DNA from: an uncultured Candidatus Rokubacteria bacterium
GTDB lineage: Bacteria > Methylomirabilota > Methylomirabilia > Rokubacteriales > CSP1-6
DNA length: 64,000 nt
Reading direction: 5' to 3'
Assembly: GCA_963754315.1 (NCBI GenBank)
Contig: CAVWFS010000015.1
Span: 192,001-256,000 of the forward strand
Positions 1-10,905 of this stretch are shown here, one piece after another. Each line of letters starts with the position of its first letter. Position 1 is the first letter of the stretch. The notes beneath the pieces were generated by a model. It saw only the letters and a list, made by a program, of their open reading frames with translations, was not told the origin of the DNA and did no database searches. The position numbers were made by a program, and so were the translations under genes.

Positions 1-73
1 TCTGCTCACGATCCCGCGCGGCCGCTGGCTCGCCGTGCGGAATCCGCTCGGGAGATCTCAAGGGTTGCCTCTC

Positions 74-965
74 CTAGAACTGCAGGACTATCACGCCGGC
101 AATGGTGACGAGAATCCCCAGAACGGCGCCCAGCGACAGGCGTTCATGCAAGAAGATAACGCCGAGGGGAATGGCAAACATCGGGGCCACGGACGAGAGG
201 ATACTGCCGATGGCCACCCCGGCGTACTTGATGCCCGCCACGTACATCACGGAGCTGAACACCGTGAGCAGTGAGAGGAGAGCCATGCGGACCACGAGCC
301 CCTGGCCGCCCTCCACGAGTTGCCTCACCGCCCCTCGCGCCCACGGGGTAATCCAGAGCAAGGCCGCAGCGACCGGAAGGCGCACGCCCTGAATGGCCGC
401 CGCGTCCATTTCCTGCAAGGGTGTCTTCATCAGGATGGGCGCGATCCCCCACGCCAGGGAGGCGAGAGCCGCCGCCGCCACGCCCAGCCGATAGTGCTCA
501 TGGCGCTCCGCCCTGGGCTGGCCGCCGGAGATGATGAGAACGACACCGGCCAAGGTCAGGGCGCCCCCGATCACCACCCACATCGTGATCGCCTCGCCGA
601 GCACGAGGGCGGCCAGAACGGTGGTGATCAGCGGATAGCTGGTGGCGATGGTCATGGCGGCGGCCAGGCCCACCATGCGGCTACTCTCGAAGAAGAAATT
701 GTCGCCGACACCCACGGCGATCGCGATGGACAGCGCGAGCAGGCCGAACGTCGTCGCCGACATGGAGGTCATGACGCTGACCCCGTCGACAACCACCACC
801 CACCCGAGCAGCACAACACCAGCCACGGTCGAGCGGATGGCATTGATCGACTACAGAAGTGAGAGGCGGCTGAAGCGTGCGGGCGAGCATGCTCGTCACG
901 GCCCACATGAAGGCCGAGCCCAGCGCGCACAGAGCGCCGACGCTCGGTTCGGCCAGGAGGTTCAC
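74..965 (-). CDS. DMT/EamA family transporter, split by a frameshift near 852
   Basis: N-terminal part [23 protein letters not shown] (ORF 681..965) continues in another frame as [14 protein letters not shown] (ORF 74..826); many TM segments and EamA-type P...LGE/LHER motifs. Confidence 0.8.
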
Positions 966-1038
966 GCCTCGATTCTACGGGAGGCGAGGACAACCCGGTC
1001 ACCTGACCATCGCGCTAAGATGCGGGCGGGAGGATCCC

Positions 1039-1836
1039 ATGGATTACGCTGACTACCAGCATCTGACGTTCGACCTCAAGCCCAACGGCGTCCTGCGCAT
1101 CACGATCAACCGTCCCGAGGTTCTCAACGCCACCAACGCGCGGCTGCACTGGGAGCTGACCCAGGTGTGGGGGACCATTGATGCCGATTCCAAAACCCGC
1201 GTTGCCCTTATCACGGGCGCCGGCAAGGCGTTCTCCGCCGGGGGAGACCTGGGCCTGGTCGAGGAGATCTTCACGAACCCCGCTGCCGTGTCACGCACCA
1301 TGCGCGAAGCCAGCGATCTCGTCTACAACATGATCAACCTCGACAAGCCGGTCGTCTCCGCCATCAACGGGGTGGCGGTGGGGGCCGGTCTGGTGGTGGC
1401 GCTCCTGGCCGATGTCAGCATCATCGCGGAAACAGCCCGCCTCACCGACGGTCACACGCGGCTCGGCGTGGCGGCGGGAGATCACGCGGCCATCATCTGG
1501 CCGCTCCTGTGCGGGATGGCCAAGGCCAAGTACTACCTGCTCACCTGTGACTTCATCGATGGCCGTGAGGCCGAGCGTATCGGGCTGGTAAGCCTGTGCG
1601 TGCCGCCGGACCAGCTCATGGCACGGGCCTCCGATGTCGCCGAACGCCTGGCCAGCGGCGCCCAGTACGCCGTGCGCTACACCAAGCGCGCGCTGAATAA
1701 CTGGCTTCGCCAGGCGGGCCCCATCTTCGATCAGTCCCTGGCTCTGGAAATGCTCAGCTTCGGGCACGAGGACGTCCGCGAGGGCGTGCGCGCTCTGCGC
1801 GAGAAGCGCCCGCCGCGCTTTCCCTCTGCGCGTTGA
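1039..1836 (+). CDS. Enoyl-CoA hydratase/isomerase (crotonase) family protein
   Basis: [28 protein letters not shown] motifs; GGAGG RBS before ATG 1039. Confidence 0.92.
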   Translation: MDYADYQHLTFDLKPNGVLRITINRPEVLNATNARLHWELTQVWGTIDADSKTRVALITGAGKAFSAGGDLGLVEEIFTNPAAVSRTMREASDLVYNMINLDKPVVSAINGVAVGAGLVVALLADVSIIAETARLTDGHTRLGVAAGDHAAIIWPLLCGMAKAKYYLLTCDFIDGREAERIGLVSLCVPPDQLMARASDVAERLASGAQYAVRYTKRALNNWLRQAGPIFDQSLALEMLSFGHEDVREGVRALREKRPPRFPSAR

Positions 1837-1845
1837 CGGTGACCC

Positions 1846-2841
1846 TCAGCGCGCCGCGATCTCCCGCCAGAAGGGGCCGATCTCCGTCCCGATGCGCGTG
1901 AGCTGCTCGAGCAGGCTGGCGTCGGGCGGGACCACCGCCACTGGGGTGTCCAGGCCGGCTTCGGCCCAACGCGCGAGCGCCATCCGGCACTCCTGAGGCG
2001 TTCCGACAATGCTTGTGCTGTCAATCATGGCCTCCGTCACCAGATGACTGGCCGGGCGTCCGGCCAGCACGGCCTCACGGATCGCGATGGTTGCTTCTTC
2101 CGCGATCCCGGCGTCTCGCAGAATCGACTGGCCATGGAGGAATGCCAGATACCGCCCGAGAAATGGCCTGATCGCGTGGCGCGCCCGCTCGCCGTCGGCG
2201 TCGATCAGCATCGGCATGTACGCCGCGAGGGTGAACGGGCGCTGCCGCTCGGCCGTGCTGGCGCGGATCCGTCGCACATGGCCGGGTGACGAAAGAATCG
2301 AGCAGAGCACACCGTCGGCGATTTCCCCGGCCATCGTGACCGCCCTTTGACCCTTCACTCCGAGGAGGATGGGCAGGGTCGTCTGAGCCGGCGTGAAATC
2401 GAGCTTGACCCTCTCGAGCGTGAAGGAGCTCCCCGCGTAGCTGAGGCGCTCTCCGGACCAGAGGCGTCGGACGATCTCGACGGACTCGCGCAGAGCCTGC
2501 AGAGGCGCCGTGAACGGGATGCCCATCTGGTCGCGGATCCACCCCGGATTGCTGGTGCCAAGGCCGAGAATGATTCGCCCGGGAGCCAGGCCGGCAAGCG
2601 TCCCCGTCTCCATGGCCAGGACGGCAGGATGGCGCGTGAACGGATTCACCACACCAAGGCCGATGGCCACCCGTTCGGTGACGGCGGCGGCGGCCCCGGC
2701 CAGGGCATAGGCGCCGGGCTGAAAGTAGTCCTCGATGAACCACACGCTGCCGAGCCCCGCCCGCTCGGCAGCCCGAGCCCACTGGGTCACCAAACGAGGA
2801 CTGCGAGGACCGATGAGGGCAATCCCGGGACTGGTCAGCAT
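1846..2841 (-). CDS. LLM-class flavin/F420-dependent oxidoreductase (Mer-like)
   Basis: AERAGLGSVWFIEDY, GVVNPFTRHP, GRIILGLG, AGEIADG motifs. Confidence 0.88.
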   Translation of the reverse strand: MLTSPGIALIGPRSPRLVTQWARAAERAGLGSVWFIEDYFQPGAYALAGAAAAVTERVAIGLGVVNPFTRHPAVLAMETGTLAGLAPGRIILGLGTSNPGWIRDQMGIPFTAPLQALRESVEIVRRLWSGERLSYAGSSFTLERVKLDFTPAQTTLPILLGVKGQRAVTMAGEIADGVLCSILSSPGHVRRIRASTAERQRPFTLAAYMPMLIDADGERARHAIRPFLGRYLAFLHGQSILRDAGIAEEATIAIREAVLAGRPASHLVTEAMIDSTSIVGTPQECRMALARWAEAGLDTPVAVVPPDASLLEQLTRIGTEIGPFWREIAAR

Positions 2842-2894
2842 GGCTCGGTCCCCGCATTCTAGAATGAACGCAGGACCGCCGAGGAGGCAGCACC

Positions 2895-3746
2895 GTGGAC
2901 ACCAGCGCGACGGGAGGCCAGGTACAGGCACGAGTACTCACCGCACTTGGACGGGCCATGGGCCGCTTCTCGATGCTCCGTCCGGGCGATCGCGTCGCCG
3001 TCGGGGTGTCAGGCGGCAAGGACAGTCTTTGCCTCTTGCACGCGCTGGTGACTCATCGCCAGCGTGCTCCCTTTCCCTACGAGCTGACGGCGGTGACGAT
3101 CGAGCAGGGCAAGTTCACGGCGCCGATCCAGGCGTTGAGACCACAGATCGAGCGACTCGGGGTGCCGTGGGTGCTTCGCGAGGAGCCGGCGACCCTGGGG
3201 CTCGTGCGAGAGGGTGTGGTACACGGGTGCGACGTGTGCAGTCGGCACCGGCGCCGCGCACTCTATCAGGTCGCCGACGAGCTGGGATGCACGGTGCTGG
3301 CCCTGGGTCACACCGCCGATGACTGCGCGGAGGCCCTCCTGCGCAACATCTTCTTCAACGGCCGCATCGCCTCACTGCCGCCCGTGGCGGTCTCCCGTAA
3401 GGGCGCCTTGCGTCTGATCCGTCCCCTCGTCCTCGTGAGCGAGGCGCTCACCGTGGCCTATGCGCGCGAGTCGGGTTTCCGGGCCGTCGGCTGTGTGTGT
3501 GGCGAGAAGGAGAGTGTCAGGCGCGAGATCCGGTCCCTGCTCGATGGGCTCCGGCGCGGACATCCTGGCGTCCTGGAGTCGATCGCGGCCGCCCTCGGCA
3601 ACGTCAACCCCTACACGCTCTTCGACCCCAAGCTGTCGAGGGAAGGTGGCGACCCCGCCCCTGCGTTCGCCGAACGAGACGAACTTGTAGGGTCCGGTCG
3701 CGCACGATGGTTGAGCGTAAACGAGGATCCTCCGGACGTCGTCTAA
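2895..3746 (+). CDS. ttcA: TtcA-like tRNA 2-thiocytidine biosynthesis PP-loop protein
   Basis: PP-loop SGGKDS, CDVC, ALGHTADD, LIRPL; second Cys motif is CVC. Confidence 0.75.
   Translation: MDTSATGGQVQARVLTALGRAMGRFSMLRPGDRVAVGVSGGKDSLCLLHALVTHRQRAPFPYELTAVTIEQGKFTAPIQALRPQIERLGVPWVLREEPATLGLVREGVVHGCDVCSRHRRRALYQVADELGCTVLALGHTADDCAEALLRNIFFNGRIASLPPVAVSRKGALRLIRPLVLVSEALTVAYARESGFRAVGCVCGEKESVRREIRSLLDGLRRGHPGVLESIAAALGNVNPYTLFDPKLSREGGDPAPAFAERDELVGSGRARWLSVNEDPPDVV
3717..3746 (+). promoter_or_regulatory. Putative ECF sigma promoter for the Spy/CpxP-like gene
   Basis: GTAAAC-N17-CGTCTAA, about 40 nt upstream of the start codon. Confidence 0.4.
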
Positions 3747-3784
3747 GGTCGTAGAACGAATGTTCCTCGGAGGAGGAAAGGGTC

Positions 3785-4216
3785 ATGGTCACACACGGAT
3801 TGACACGGGGCCTCGCAGCAATGGTGGGAGGCATGTGTTTGCTTGCGATCGCCAGTCAGGCGACCGCTCACGATCGCATGGAACGCCTCAAGGATCACCT
3901 CAGCCTGACCGACGCACAGGTGACGGCGATTCGGGAGGTTTTCGCCGACGATAAGCCGGCGCAAGGTCAGGTCTACCAGGCTCTGCGCCAAGCGCAGGGC
4001 GAGCTCCGTCAGCTCGCGCTCAATGGCGCCGAGGAGGCCGTTCTTCAGCAGAAGACCGCGGAGATCGCGGCGCTGATGAGCCAGGATCTCCAGCTGCGCG
4101 TCCAGCGCATGCAGAAGATCGGGGTGATCCTCACCCCTGAACAGCGCGTGAAGTTCGCTCAGCTCCGAGATGGCCGGCCGCGCATGATGAAGGGCGGCGC
4201 GCCGAGAAGTTCCTAG
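3785..4216 (+). CDS. Spy/CpxP-family periplasmic protein
   Basis: Signal peptide; LSLTDAQ and LTPEQR (LTXXQ) motifs; strong RBS. Confidence 0.85.
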   Translation: MVTHGLTRGLAAMVGGMCLLAIASQATAHDRMERLKDHLSLTDAQVTAIREVFADDKPAQGQVYQALRQAQGELRQLALNGAEEAVLQQKTAEIAALMSQDLQLRVQRMQKIGVILTPEQRVKFAQLRDGRPRMMKGGAPRSS

Positions 4217-4225
4217 GACAGCGCG

Positions 4226-4259
4226 TCGGCCGGGGGCTCCCGCGGGAGCCCCCGGCCGA
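4226..4259. repeat. Perfect 34-bp GC-rich palindrome (REP-like or terminator hairpin)
   Basis: TCGGCCGGGGGCTCCCGCGGGAGCCCCCGGCCGA is self-complementary and starts 10 nt after the stop codon; no U-tract. Confidence 0.8.
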
Positions 4260-4328
4260 GTTCTCGCAGCACCCCCGAAAACCGGCACGCTTGACGGAGC
4301 TGCCGGGCCGCCCTCAGAGTAGGCTCGC

Positions 4329-4652
4329 GTGGCGCACGCTCAGTCGCCGTTTTTGTACCTGACCACCACGGGCCGCCGGACCGGACTGCCGCGTGAGATC
4401 GAGATCTGGTTCACGAGCCGGCGCGGACGCTACTATCTCGTGGCCGAGCAGGGTGAGCGTGCGAACTGGGTGCGGAACATCCGGGCTGAACCTCGCGTGC
4501 GCTTTCGCGTCAACGGACGGACCCATCGTGGTCACGCTCGGGTCGTGGCGGCGCGCGCAGATCCGGTCCTCGCCGCCGCCGTTCGGCGTCTCTCCGAGAA
4601 AAAGTACGGCTGGGGTCGCGGCTTGGTCGTCGAGCTGGTCGGCGTAGAATAG
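4329..4652 (+). CDS. Deazaflavin (F420)-dependent nitroreductase family (DDN-like) protein
   Basis: LYLTTTGRRTGLPR and NWVRNIRAEPRV motifs. Confidence 0.85.
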   Translation: MAHAQSPFLYLTTTGRRTGLPREIEIWFTSRRGRYYLVAEQGERANWVRNIRAEPRVRFRVNGRTHRGHARVVAARADPVLAAAVRRLSEKKYGWGRGLVVELVGVE

Positions 4653-4668
4653 ACGAGCGGACCCGGCC

Positions 4669-5796
4669 ATGCCCAGAACGGTCCTCGACATCCCATTCCA
4701 GGTCGAACACCTGTCGATCCTCGACAGCGACGGCAACCTCGATACCGCACTCGAGCCCGAGATCGCGCCCACCACGCTGCAGGCCATGTACCGCAGCATG
4801 CTCGTGGGCCGCCGTCTTGATGAGCGGATGGTCCGCTTGCAGCGCCAGGGTCGCATCGGGACCTTTGCCCCCATCAAGGGGCAGGAGGCGTCCCAGGTCG
4901 GCAGCGCCTTCGCCATCAGGCCTCAGGACTGGATGGTGCCTTCCTTCCGCGAGACGGCGGCCATGGTCCAGCGGGGCTGGCCCATCGAGCGAATACTGGC
5001 CTTCTTCGCGGGCTATCTGGAGGGTGGCCAGCCCGGACCCGAGCAGCGCGACCTTCCGATCGCCATCCCGGTGGCCACCCAGCTCCCGCACGCGGTGGGC
5101 CTCGCCTACGCGGCGCAGTATCGCGGTGACGACGCCGTGGTCATGGTGTACTTCGGTGACGGCGCCACCTCAGAGGGCGACTTCCACGAGGCAGCGAACT
5201 TCGCGGGCGTGTGGGGATTGCCGGTCGTGTTCGTCTGTCAAAACAACCAGTGGGCCATCTCGGTGCCGCTCAAGAAGCAGACCCACTCGCGCACCCTCGC
5301 CCAGAAGGCGCTTGCCTACGGCTTCCCCGGTCTGCAGGTGGATGGTAACGACGTGCTCGCCGTGTTTGCGGCGAGCCGCGAGGCGGTGGAGCGCGCCCGC
5401 GCCGGGGCCGGGCCCACGCTCATCGAATGCGTGACGTACCGGCTCGCCATGCACACGACGGCCGACGATCCGAGCAAGTACCGGGCGGAGGAGGAGGTCA
5501 GAGCGTGGGAGCGCAAGGACCCGCTCAGCCGCTTCAGCGCATATCTGCAAAAGCGGAATCTTCTCGACGACGGACTGGAGGCGACCATCGACACGGAGAT
5601 CGCGGCGGCCGTGCGGCGCTTCGAGGACATGCCGCCTCCCGACCCGCTGGTGATGTTCGACCACGCCTACGCGGAGCTGCCGGCCCATCTGGTCGCCCAG
5701 CGCCAGGAGGTGGCGGAGCGGCAGCCGGTGGCGCCTGACGTCGTTCCGGAGCAGCCGGCAGCGCCCATGCGAGGCCAGCGATTGACCCGGCGATGA
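4669..5796 (+). CDS. pdhA: Pyruvate/2-oxoacid dehydrogenase E1 alpha subunit
   Basis: LQRQGRIG, GQEA, TPP motif GDGATSEGDFHE...NNQWAIS, HTTADDP. Confidence 0.93.
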   Translation: MPRTVLDIPFQVEHLSILDSDGNLDTALEPEIAPTTLQAMYRSMLVGRRLDERMVRLQRQGRIGTFAPIKGQEASQVGSAFAIRPQDWMVPSFRETAAMVQRGWPIERILAFFAGYLEGGQPGPEQRDLPIAIPVATQLPHAVGLAYAAQYRGDDAVVMVYFGDGATSEGDFHEAANFAGVWGLPVVFVCQNNQWAISVPLKKQTHSRTLAQKALAYGFPGLQVDGNDVLAVFAASREAVERARAGAGPTLIECVTYRLAMHTTADDPSKYRAEEEVRAWERKDPLSRFSAYLQKRNLLDDGLEATIDTEIAAAVRRFEDMPPPDPLVMFDHAYAELPAHLVAQRQEVAERQPVAPDVVPEQPAAPMRGQRLTRR

Positions 5797-5812
5797 GCCG
5801 CGAGCGAGTGCC

Positions 5813-6793
5813 ATGGCCAAACTGAACATGGTCAAGGCCCTCAATCTCGCCCTCATGCAGGAGATGCAGCGCGACACCGACGTCGTGATCATCGGGGAGG
5901 ACGTGGGCGTGGACGGTGGTGTGTTCCGGGTCACCGACGATCTGCAGCGCACGTTCGGCAGCCAGCGGGTCATCGACAGCCCGCTGGCGGAGGCGGCCAT
6001 CGTGGGTGCCTCGGTCGGCATGGCCCTCTACGGTCTTCGGCCCGTGTGCGAGATCCAGTTCTCGGGTTTCGCCTTCCAGTGCTTCCATCAGATCGAGAAC
6101 CACGCTGCCCGCTACCGCATGCGCTCGCAAGGGCGCTTTCACTGCGCCCTGGTCATCCGCATGCCGTTCGGCGGCGGCGTGCGTGCCCTCGAGCACCACT
6201 CGGAATCCGAGGAGCAGTTCTACGCGCACATCCCCGGCCTCAAGATGGTCATCCCGTCTGGCCCCCGCAACGCACGAGCCCTGCTCGTCTCGGCCATTCG
6301 CGATCCAGACCCGGTGATCTTCTTCGAGGCGAAGGCCCTCTATCATGCCGCGCGGGAGGAGGTGCCGGACGAGGCGGAGGCGCTGCCCCTCGGCCGAGCC
6401 CAGGTGGCGCGTGAGGGGCGCGACCTCACTTTCATCACCTATGGTGCCATGCTGCGTGTGGCCCGCGAGGCGGCCGAGACCCTCAAGGACGAGGACGGCG
6501 TGGAGGCAGAGATCATCGATCTGCTCACCATCTCTCCCCTCGACCGCGAGACGATCACTGCCTCCGTGCGGAAGACTGGCCGTGCCGTGATCGTCCACGA
6601 GGCACCCCGCAGCTTCGGTGTCGGGGCCGAGATCGCGACGAGCCTCATGGAGGGGTGCTTCCTTTCCCTGGAGGCGCCCATCAAGCGGGTCACCGCCTAT
6701 GACGTGCCCTTCGTCGGTTTCGCGCGTGAGCGCGCCAACGTTCCCGACGCGCCGCGCGTTCTTGCCGCCGCCCGCGAGACCTTGGCCTTCTGA
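5813..6793 (+). CDS. pdhB: Pyruvate/2-oxoacid dehydrogenase E1 beta subunit
   Basis: GEDVGVDGGVFRVT, EIQFSGF, EHHSES, KTGRAVIVHEAP. Confidence 0.93.
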   Translation: MAKLNMVKALNLALMQEMQRDTDVVIIGEDVGVDGGVFRVTDDLQRTFGSQRVIDSPLAEAAIVGASVGMALYGLRPVCEIQFSGFAFQCFHQIENHAARYRMRSQGRFHCALVIRMPFGGGVRALEHHSESEEQFYAHIPGLKMVIPSGPRNARALLVSAIRDPDPVIFFEAKALYHAAREEVPDEAEALPLGRAQVAREGRDLTFITYGAMLRVAREAAETLKDEDGVEAEIIDLLTISPLDRETITASVRKTGRAVIVHEAPRSFGVGAEIATSLMEGCFLSLEAPIKRVTAYDVPFVGFARERANVPDAPRVLAAARETLAF

Positions 6794-8096
6794 TGCCGCG
6801 CGCGTTCGTCTTGCCTGACCTGGGCGAGGGGTTGACCGAAGCCGAGATCGTCAAGGTTCTCGTCAAGGAGGGAGATCTGGTCGGCGAGGACACGCCGCTG
6901 CTGGAAGTGGAGACCGACAAGGCGCAGGTCGAGATCCCTTCGCCCCTGAGTGGACGCGTCCTCACCATCCACGTGGAGCCTCATCAAACGGTGAAAGTCG
7001 GTGCGGTCCTGGTGACCTTCGCCGACGCCGAGGAGAGCACGAGCCCGGCGGCCCGAAACCCGGGGCCACGCCGGCCGCTCCCGCCTCGCGGGCTCCAGCC
7101 GCGACCATACCGCCCGCGGCGGCCGAACCACATCGGGGGCCGGTACCCGCCGCCCCCGCCACGAGGCGTCTGGCCCGTGAGCTTCGCGTCGATCTCCGCC
7201 TCGTACGTGGCACAGGTTCCGGTGGGCGCGTGACCGACGACGACGTCCGCGCCGCGGCCGCGCGGCCTGACTCCCCAGCTCCGCTGACCTCGCCGCCAGC
7301 CGCGGAGCGCGCCAAGCCGACCGAGCCTTCCGCGGTGGCCAAGCCGCTGACGGTGAGTCTCGATGTCCCGCCTCTGCCACGGTTCGAGCAGTGGGGCCCG
7401 GTGGAGCGCCAGCCGCTCTCACATCTGCGGCGCACCATCGCCGAGCGCATGACCTTGTCGGCCACGGTCATCCCTCACGTGACCCACTTCGATCGCGCCG
7501 ATATCACCGAGCTCGAGGCCATCATTGCCCGCAACCTCGAGCCGGCCCGCGCCCACGGCGTGATCCTCACCCTGACCAGCTTCCTGCTCAAGGCGCTCGC
7601 TCTGGCCCTCCGCGAACACCCCCAGTTCAACGCGAGCCTCGACGGGGCAACCGGCGAGATGATCCTGAAGCGCTACTACCATCTGGGGGTGGCGGTGGCC
7701 ACCGAGCGCGGCCTCATCGTGCCGGTCATCCGCGACGTCGACCGGAAGCCCATCCGCGAGCTGGCTGGTGAGCTGGCCGCGCTGGCCACGCGGGTCCGGG
7801 AGGGCAAGGCCACCCTTGACGACCTGCGCGGAGGGACGTGCACCATCACCAATCTTGGTGCCCTCGGTGGCACCGGGGCCATTCCTATCATCAACTATCC
7901 CGAGGTCGCCATTCTCGGCGTCGCCCGTGGACGCCTCGAGCCGGTCGTGCGCGAAGGCCAGATCGTTCCCCGGATGCTGCTGCCGCTCTCGCTGACCTTC
8001 GATCATCGGGTGGCGGACGGGGTCGACGGCGCCCGCCTGGCCGCGGCCATCATCACTCGTCTCGAGCACCCCGAGCAGCTCCTGCTCGAGCTGTGA
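6793..8096 (+). CDS. pdhC: Dihydrolipoamide acyltransferase E2, frameshift in the linker (~7025-7140)
   Basis: Lipoyl domain (LPDLGEGL...ETDKA) in one frame; E3-binding domain AAPATRRLARELRVDLRLVRGTGSGGRVT and catalytic DHRVADG in another. Confidence 0.88.
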
Positions 8097-8109
8097 CCAG
8101 CCTGACACC

Positions 8110-9501
8110 ATGGTGATGGGAGATCTCGTCCGCGAGGTCGACGTCGGCGTGATCGGCGGCGGGCCCGGCGGCTACTCGGCGGCGTTTCGCTGCGCGGAGC
8201 TCGGGCTGGACGTGGTCGTGGTGGACGACGGCCAGCGCCTGGGAGGCACCTGCTTGTACGAGGGATGCATACCCTCCAAGGCCTTGCTCCACGTGGCCGC
8301 TCTCATCGGCGAGGTCGAGCGCGCGCGGGAGCTCGGGCTCGAATTCGGTCCGCCCCGCGTCGCGCTCGATCCAATGCGGAAGTGGAAGGACGAGCGTGTG
8401 GTGGGCAAGCTATCGCGAGGTCTGGCCGCCGTGGCGCGCAGCAAGGGCGTCGAGGTGATCGGGGGTCGGGCGCTCTTCGATGGATCGCGCGCACTGCGCG
8501 TGGAAGGTGAGGCGCCGCAAACGATCCGCTTCAAGCACGCCATCGTGGCCACCGGGTCCCAATCCGTGCGACTTCCCGGCCTCACCCTCGAGAACGAGCG
8601 GCTCATGGACTCCACGACCGCCCTGATGCTGGCCGAGATTCCCGAGCGCCTGCTCATCATCGGTGGCGGATACATCGGCCTCGAGCTGGGTCAGGTGTAC
8701 GCCGCGCTCGGCAGTGCCATCACCCTGGTGGAGATGACCGAGGGTCTCCTCCCCGGTGTCGATCGCGATCTCGTCCAGCCGCTCGCGCGGCAATGCGGGC
8801 GGCAGTTCGCCGCAATCCACCTCGGCACTCAGGTCACCGCGCTCCGCGAGGTCGACGGCGGCCTCGAAGCACGCGTGGGGGAAACCGCACAGCGTTTCGA
8901 CCGGGTGCTGGTAGCCGTGGGCCGCCGCGCGCGGGTCGATGGTCTCGGACTCGAGTCGACGCGGGCGCGCGTGCGGGAGCCCGGCTTCATCGCGGTCGAC
9001 GAGCACTGCCGCACCGACGATCCGCACATCTACGCCGTTGGCGATGCCACCGGCGAGCCCATGCTGGCCCACCGCGCCATGCGCCAGGGGAAGGTGGCAG
9101 CGGAGGTCATCGCCGGTAAGCCAGCCGCATTCGACAATGCGGCCGTACCTGCCGTCGTCTTCACCGACCCCGAGGTGGCGTGGTGCGGCCTCACCGAGCA
9201 CGACGCCGAACGAGAAGGCCGGCCCGTGCGCCTTGCGAAGTTTCCCTGGGCCGCCTCCGGACGCGCGGCCACCCTGGGCCGGACGGACGGGCTCACCAAA
9301 CTGGTGGTCGATCCCGACTCCGGGCGAGTGCTGGGGGTGGGCATCGTCGGCCCGGGAGCCGGCGAGCTGATCGCGGAGGCGACCTTGGCCGTTGAAGCGG
9401 CGCTCACGGCCGAGGACGTGGCCGCGACCATCCATGCGCATCCGACCCTTGCCGAGACGCTGATGGAAGCCGCCGAGGCCTTCCTGCGAGCGGCCGGTTA
9501 G
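8110..9501 (+). CDS. lpdA: Dihydrolipoyl dehydrogenase E3
   Basis: GGGPGGY, GGTCLYEGCIPSK disulfide, HAHPTLAE. Confidence 0.95.
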   Translation: MVMGDLVREVDVGVIGGGPGGYSAAFRCAELGLDVVVVDDGQRLGGTCLYEGCIPSKALLHVAALIGEVERARELGLEFGPPRVALDPMRKWKDERVVGKLSRGLAAVARSKGVEVIGGRALFDGSRALRVEGEAPQTIRFKHAIVATGSQSVRLPGLTLENERLMDSTTALMLAEIPERLLIIGGGYIGLELGQVYAALGSAITLVEMTEGLLPGVDRDLVQPLARQCGRQFAAIHLGTQVTALREVDGGLEARVGETAQRFDRVLVAVGRRARVDGLGLESTRARVREPGFIAVDEHCRTDDPHIYAVGDATGEPMLAHRAMRQGKVAAEVIAGKPAAFDNAAVPAVVFTDPEVAWCGLTEHDAEREGRPVRLAKFPWAASGRAATLGRTDGLTKLVVDPDSGRVLGVGIVGPGAGELIAEATLAVEAALTAEDVAATIHAHPTLAETLMEAAEAFLRAAG

Positions 9502-9558
9502 CGCAAGAGCAATGGACGATATCCGCCCCGGAGCCGACGAACGAGGAGGAAGAGAGCC

Positions 9559-10905
9559 ATGGTAAACCGACACGTGAACCGGCGAGTGTTCCTGGCAGGC
9601 GCTGCGGCCACACTCGCCCTGACGCCCTATCCGGCGCCCGCGCAGCGCAAGGGGGCCAGCCTGCGGCTCTGGATCCTGAAGACCTACGTGGAGCCCACCA
9701 ACAAGGCCATCGAGGCCAGCGCCCAGCGCTGGGCGCAGAAGCACGGCGGCACCGTCAGCGTCGAGTACTTCACCTTCGAGGACATGCAGACGAAGTACGT
9801 GGCCGCAATCGAGAACAAGAACACCCCGGACGTCGGACAGCTGGAGACAAGCGCGCCGGCCCGCTTTGCCGGAATGGGACAACTGCTCGATCTCACCGGC
9901 TTTGTCCGCCAGATCGAGGGGCAGGTTGGCAAGCCGCCCGCCAATGTGGCCCCGGTCACCATGGTCGGTGGTACCCAATACGCCATCCCCTGGTACATCA
10001 TGGCGGCCTTCTGGTACGTCTGGCGCGACGCCTTCGAGAAGGGCAAGGTCAAGCTCCCCAGCACCTTCGAAGACGCCAAGAATGCGGCGAAGGCCCTCAA
10101 CCGCCCGACCGAGAATTTCTACGGAATGGGCCAGAGCTGGAATCGAACCGCGGATGGCTACGGTGTCATGCAGAGCCTGATGTACTCGTACGGCGCCGGC
10201 TGGGCCACCAAGGAAGGCAAGTACCGCTCGCTGAAGACACCGGCCATGCAGCAGGCGATGAAGTGGGCCACCGATATCTACAAGGAAGGTATCCAGCCCG
10301 GCGACACCCTGTCTTGGACGGGGTCCCAGAACAACGAGAACTTCATCGCGAAGAAGATCGCCCAGACCTCCAACGGGCCGAGCATCACCTTTGCGCTGGA
10401 GAACGCGGTGGCCAAGGCAACGGACGCTAAGGAGCGCAAGCAGCGAGAGGAAGCGCTGGCCAACCACGTGGCCCTCCCTCACCCGGCGGGACCGGACGGC
10501 AGACGGATGTGGGCCATCGCGATGAGCTTCGGGATCTTCAAGAGCTCGAAGGATCCCGAGTCGGCCATGAGTCTGGTGGCCCACCTGCTGTCGCCGGAGG
10601 AGACGCTGACGGTCATGCGCGACTCCTACGGCCAGTTCGCGCCGGTCCTCGACAAGGCGCGAGCCGCATCCAAGGATTACTTCAACAAGAACGAGAACTA
10701 CCGGAACTTCGGCCGCGCCGCCGAGTGGTTCGTGCCCACTGGTTGGCCCGGCCCGGTGACCGCCGCGGCCGCCGAGGTCCAGGCCAGTAACGTCCTCACC
10801 GACGCTCCGGCCAAGGTGATCGTGGACAAGCAATCGGTCGATCAAGCCATCGAGTGGCAGGACAAGAAGATCAAGGAGATCTACGATACGCTGGGTGTGG
10901 GCTAA
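9559..10905 (+). CDS. Carbohydrate ABC transporter substrate-binding protein (Tat signal)
   Basis: NRRVFL twin-arginine signal; SBP_bac_1-like features; precedes two permeases. Confidence 0.88.
   Translation: MVNRHVNRRVFLAGAAATLALTPYPAPAQRKGASLRLWILKTYVEPTNKAIEASAQRWAQKHGGTVSVEYFTFEDMQTKYVAAIENKNTPDVGQLETSAPARFAGMGQLLDLTGFVRQIEGQVGKPPANVAPVTMVGGTQYAIPWYIMAAFWYVWRDAFEKGKVKLPSTFEDAKNAAKALNRPTENFYGMGQSWNRTADGYGVMQSLMYSYGAGWATKEGKYRSLKTPAMQQAMKWATDIYKEGIQPGDTLSWTGSQNNENFIAKKIAQTSNGPSITFALENAVAKATDAKERKQREEALANHVALPHPAGPDGRRMWAIAMSFGIFKSSKDPESAMSLVAHLLSPEETLTVMRDSYGQFAPVLDKARAASKDYFNKNENYRNFGRAAEWFVPTGWPGPVTAAAAEVQASNVLTDAPAKVIVDKQSVDQAIEWQDKKIKEIYDTLGVG

Noticed and set aside
7020..7233. Programmed -1 frameshift producing a free lipoyl domain plus full E2
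   Set aside because: No canonical X XXY YYZ slippery heptamer recognised; other indels in the window favour a sequencing error
8410..10845. Long antisense ORFs (811 aa here; also 22501..23940, 47930..49351 and others)
   Set aside because: Shadow ORFs opposite well-supported genes, expected in high-GC DNA; no recognisable motifs
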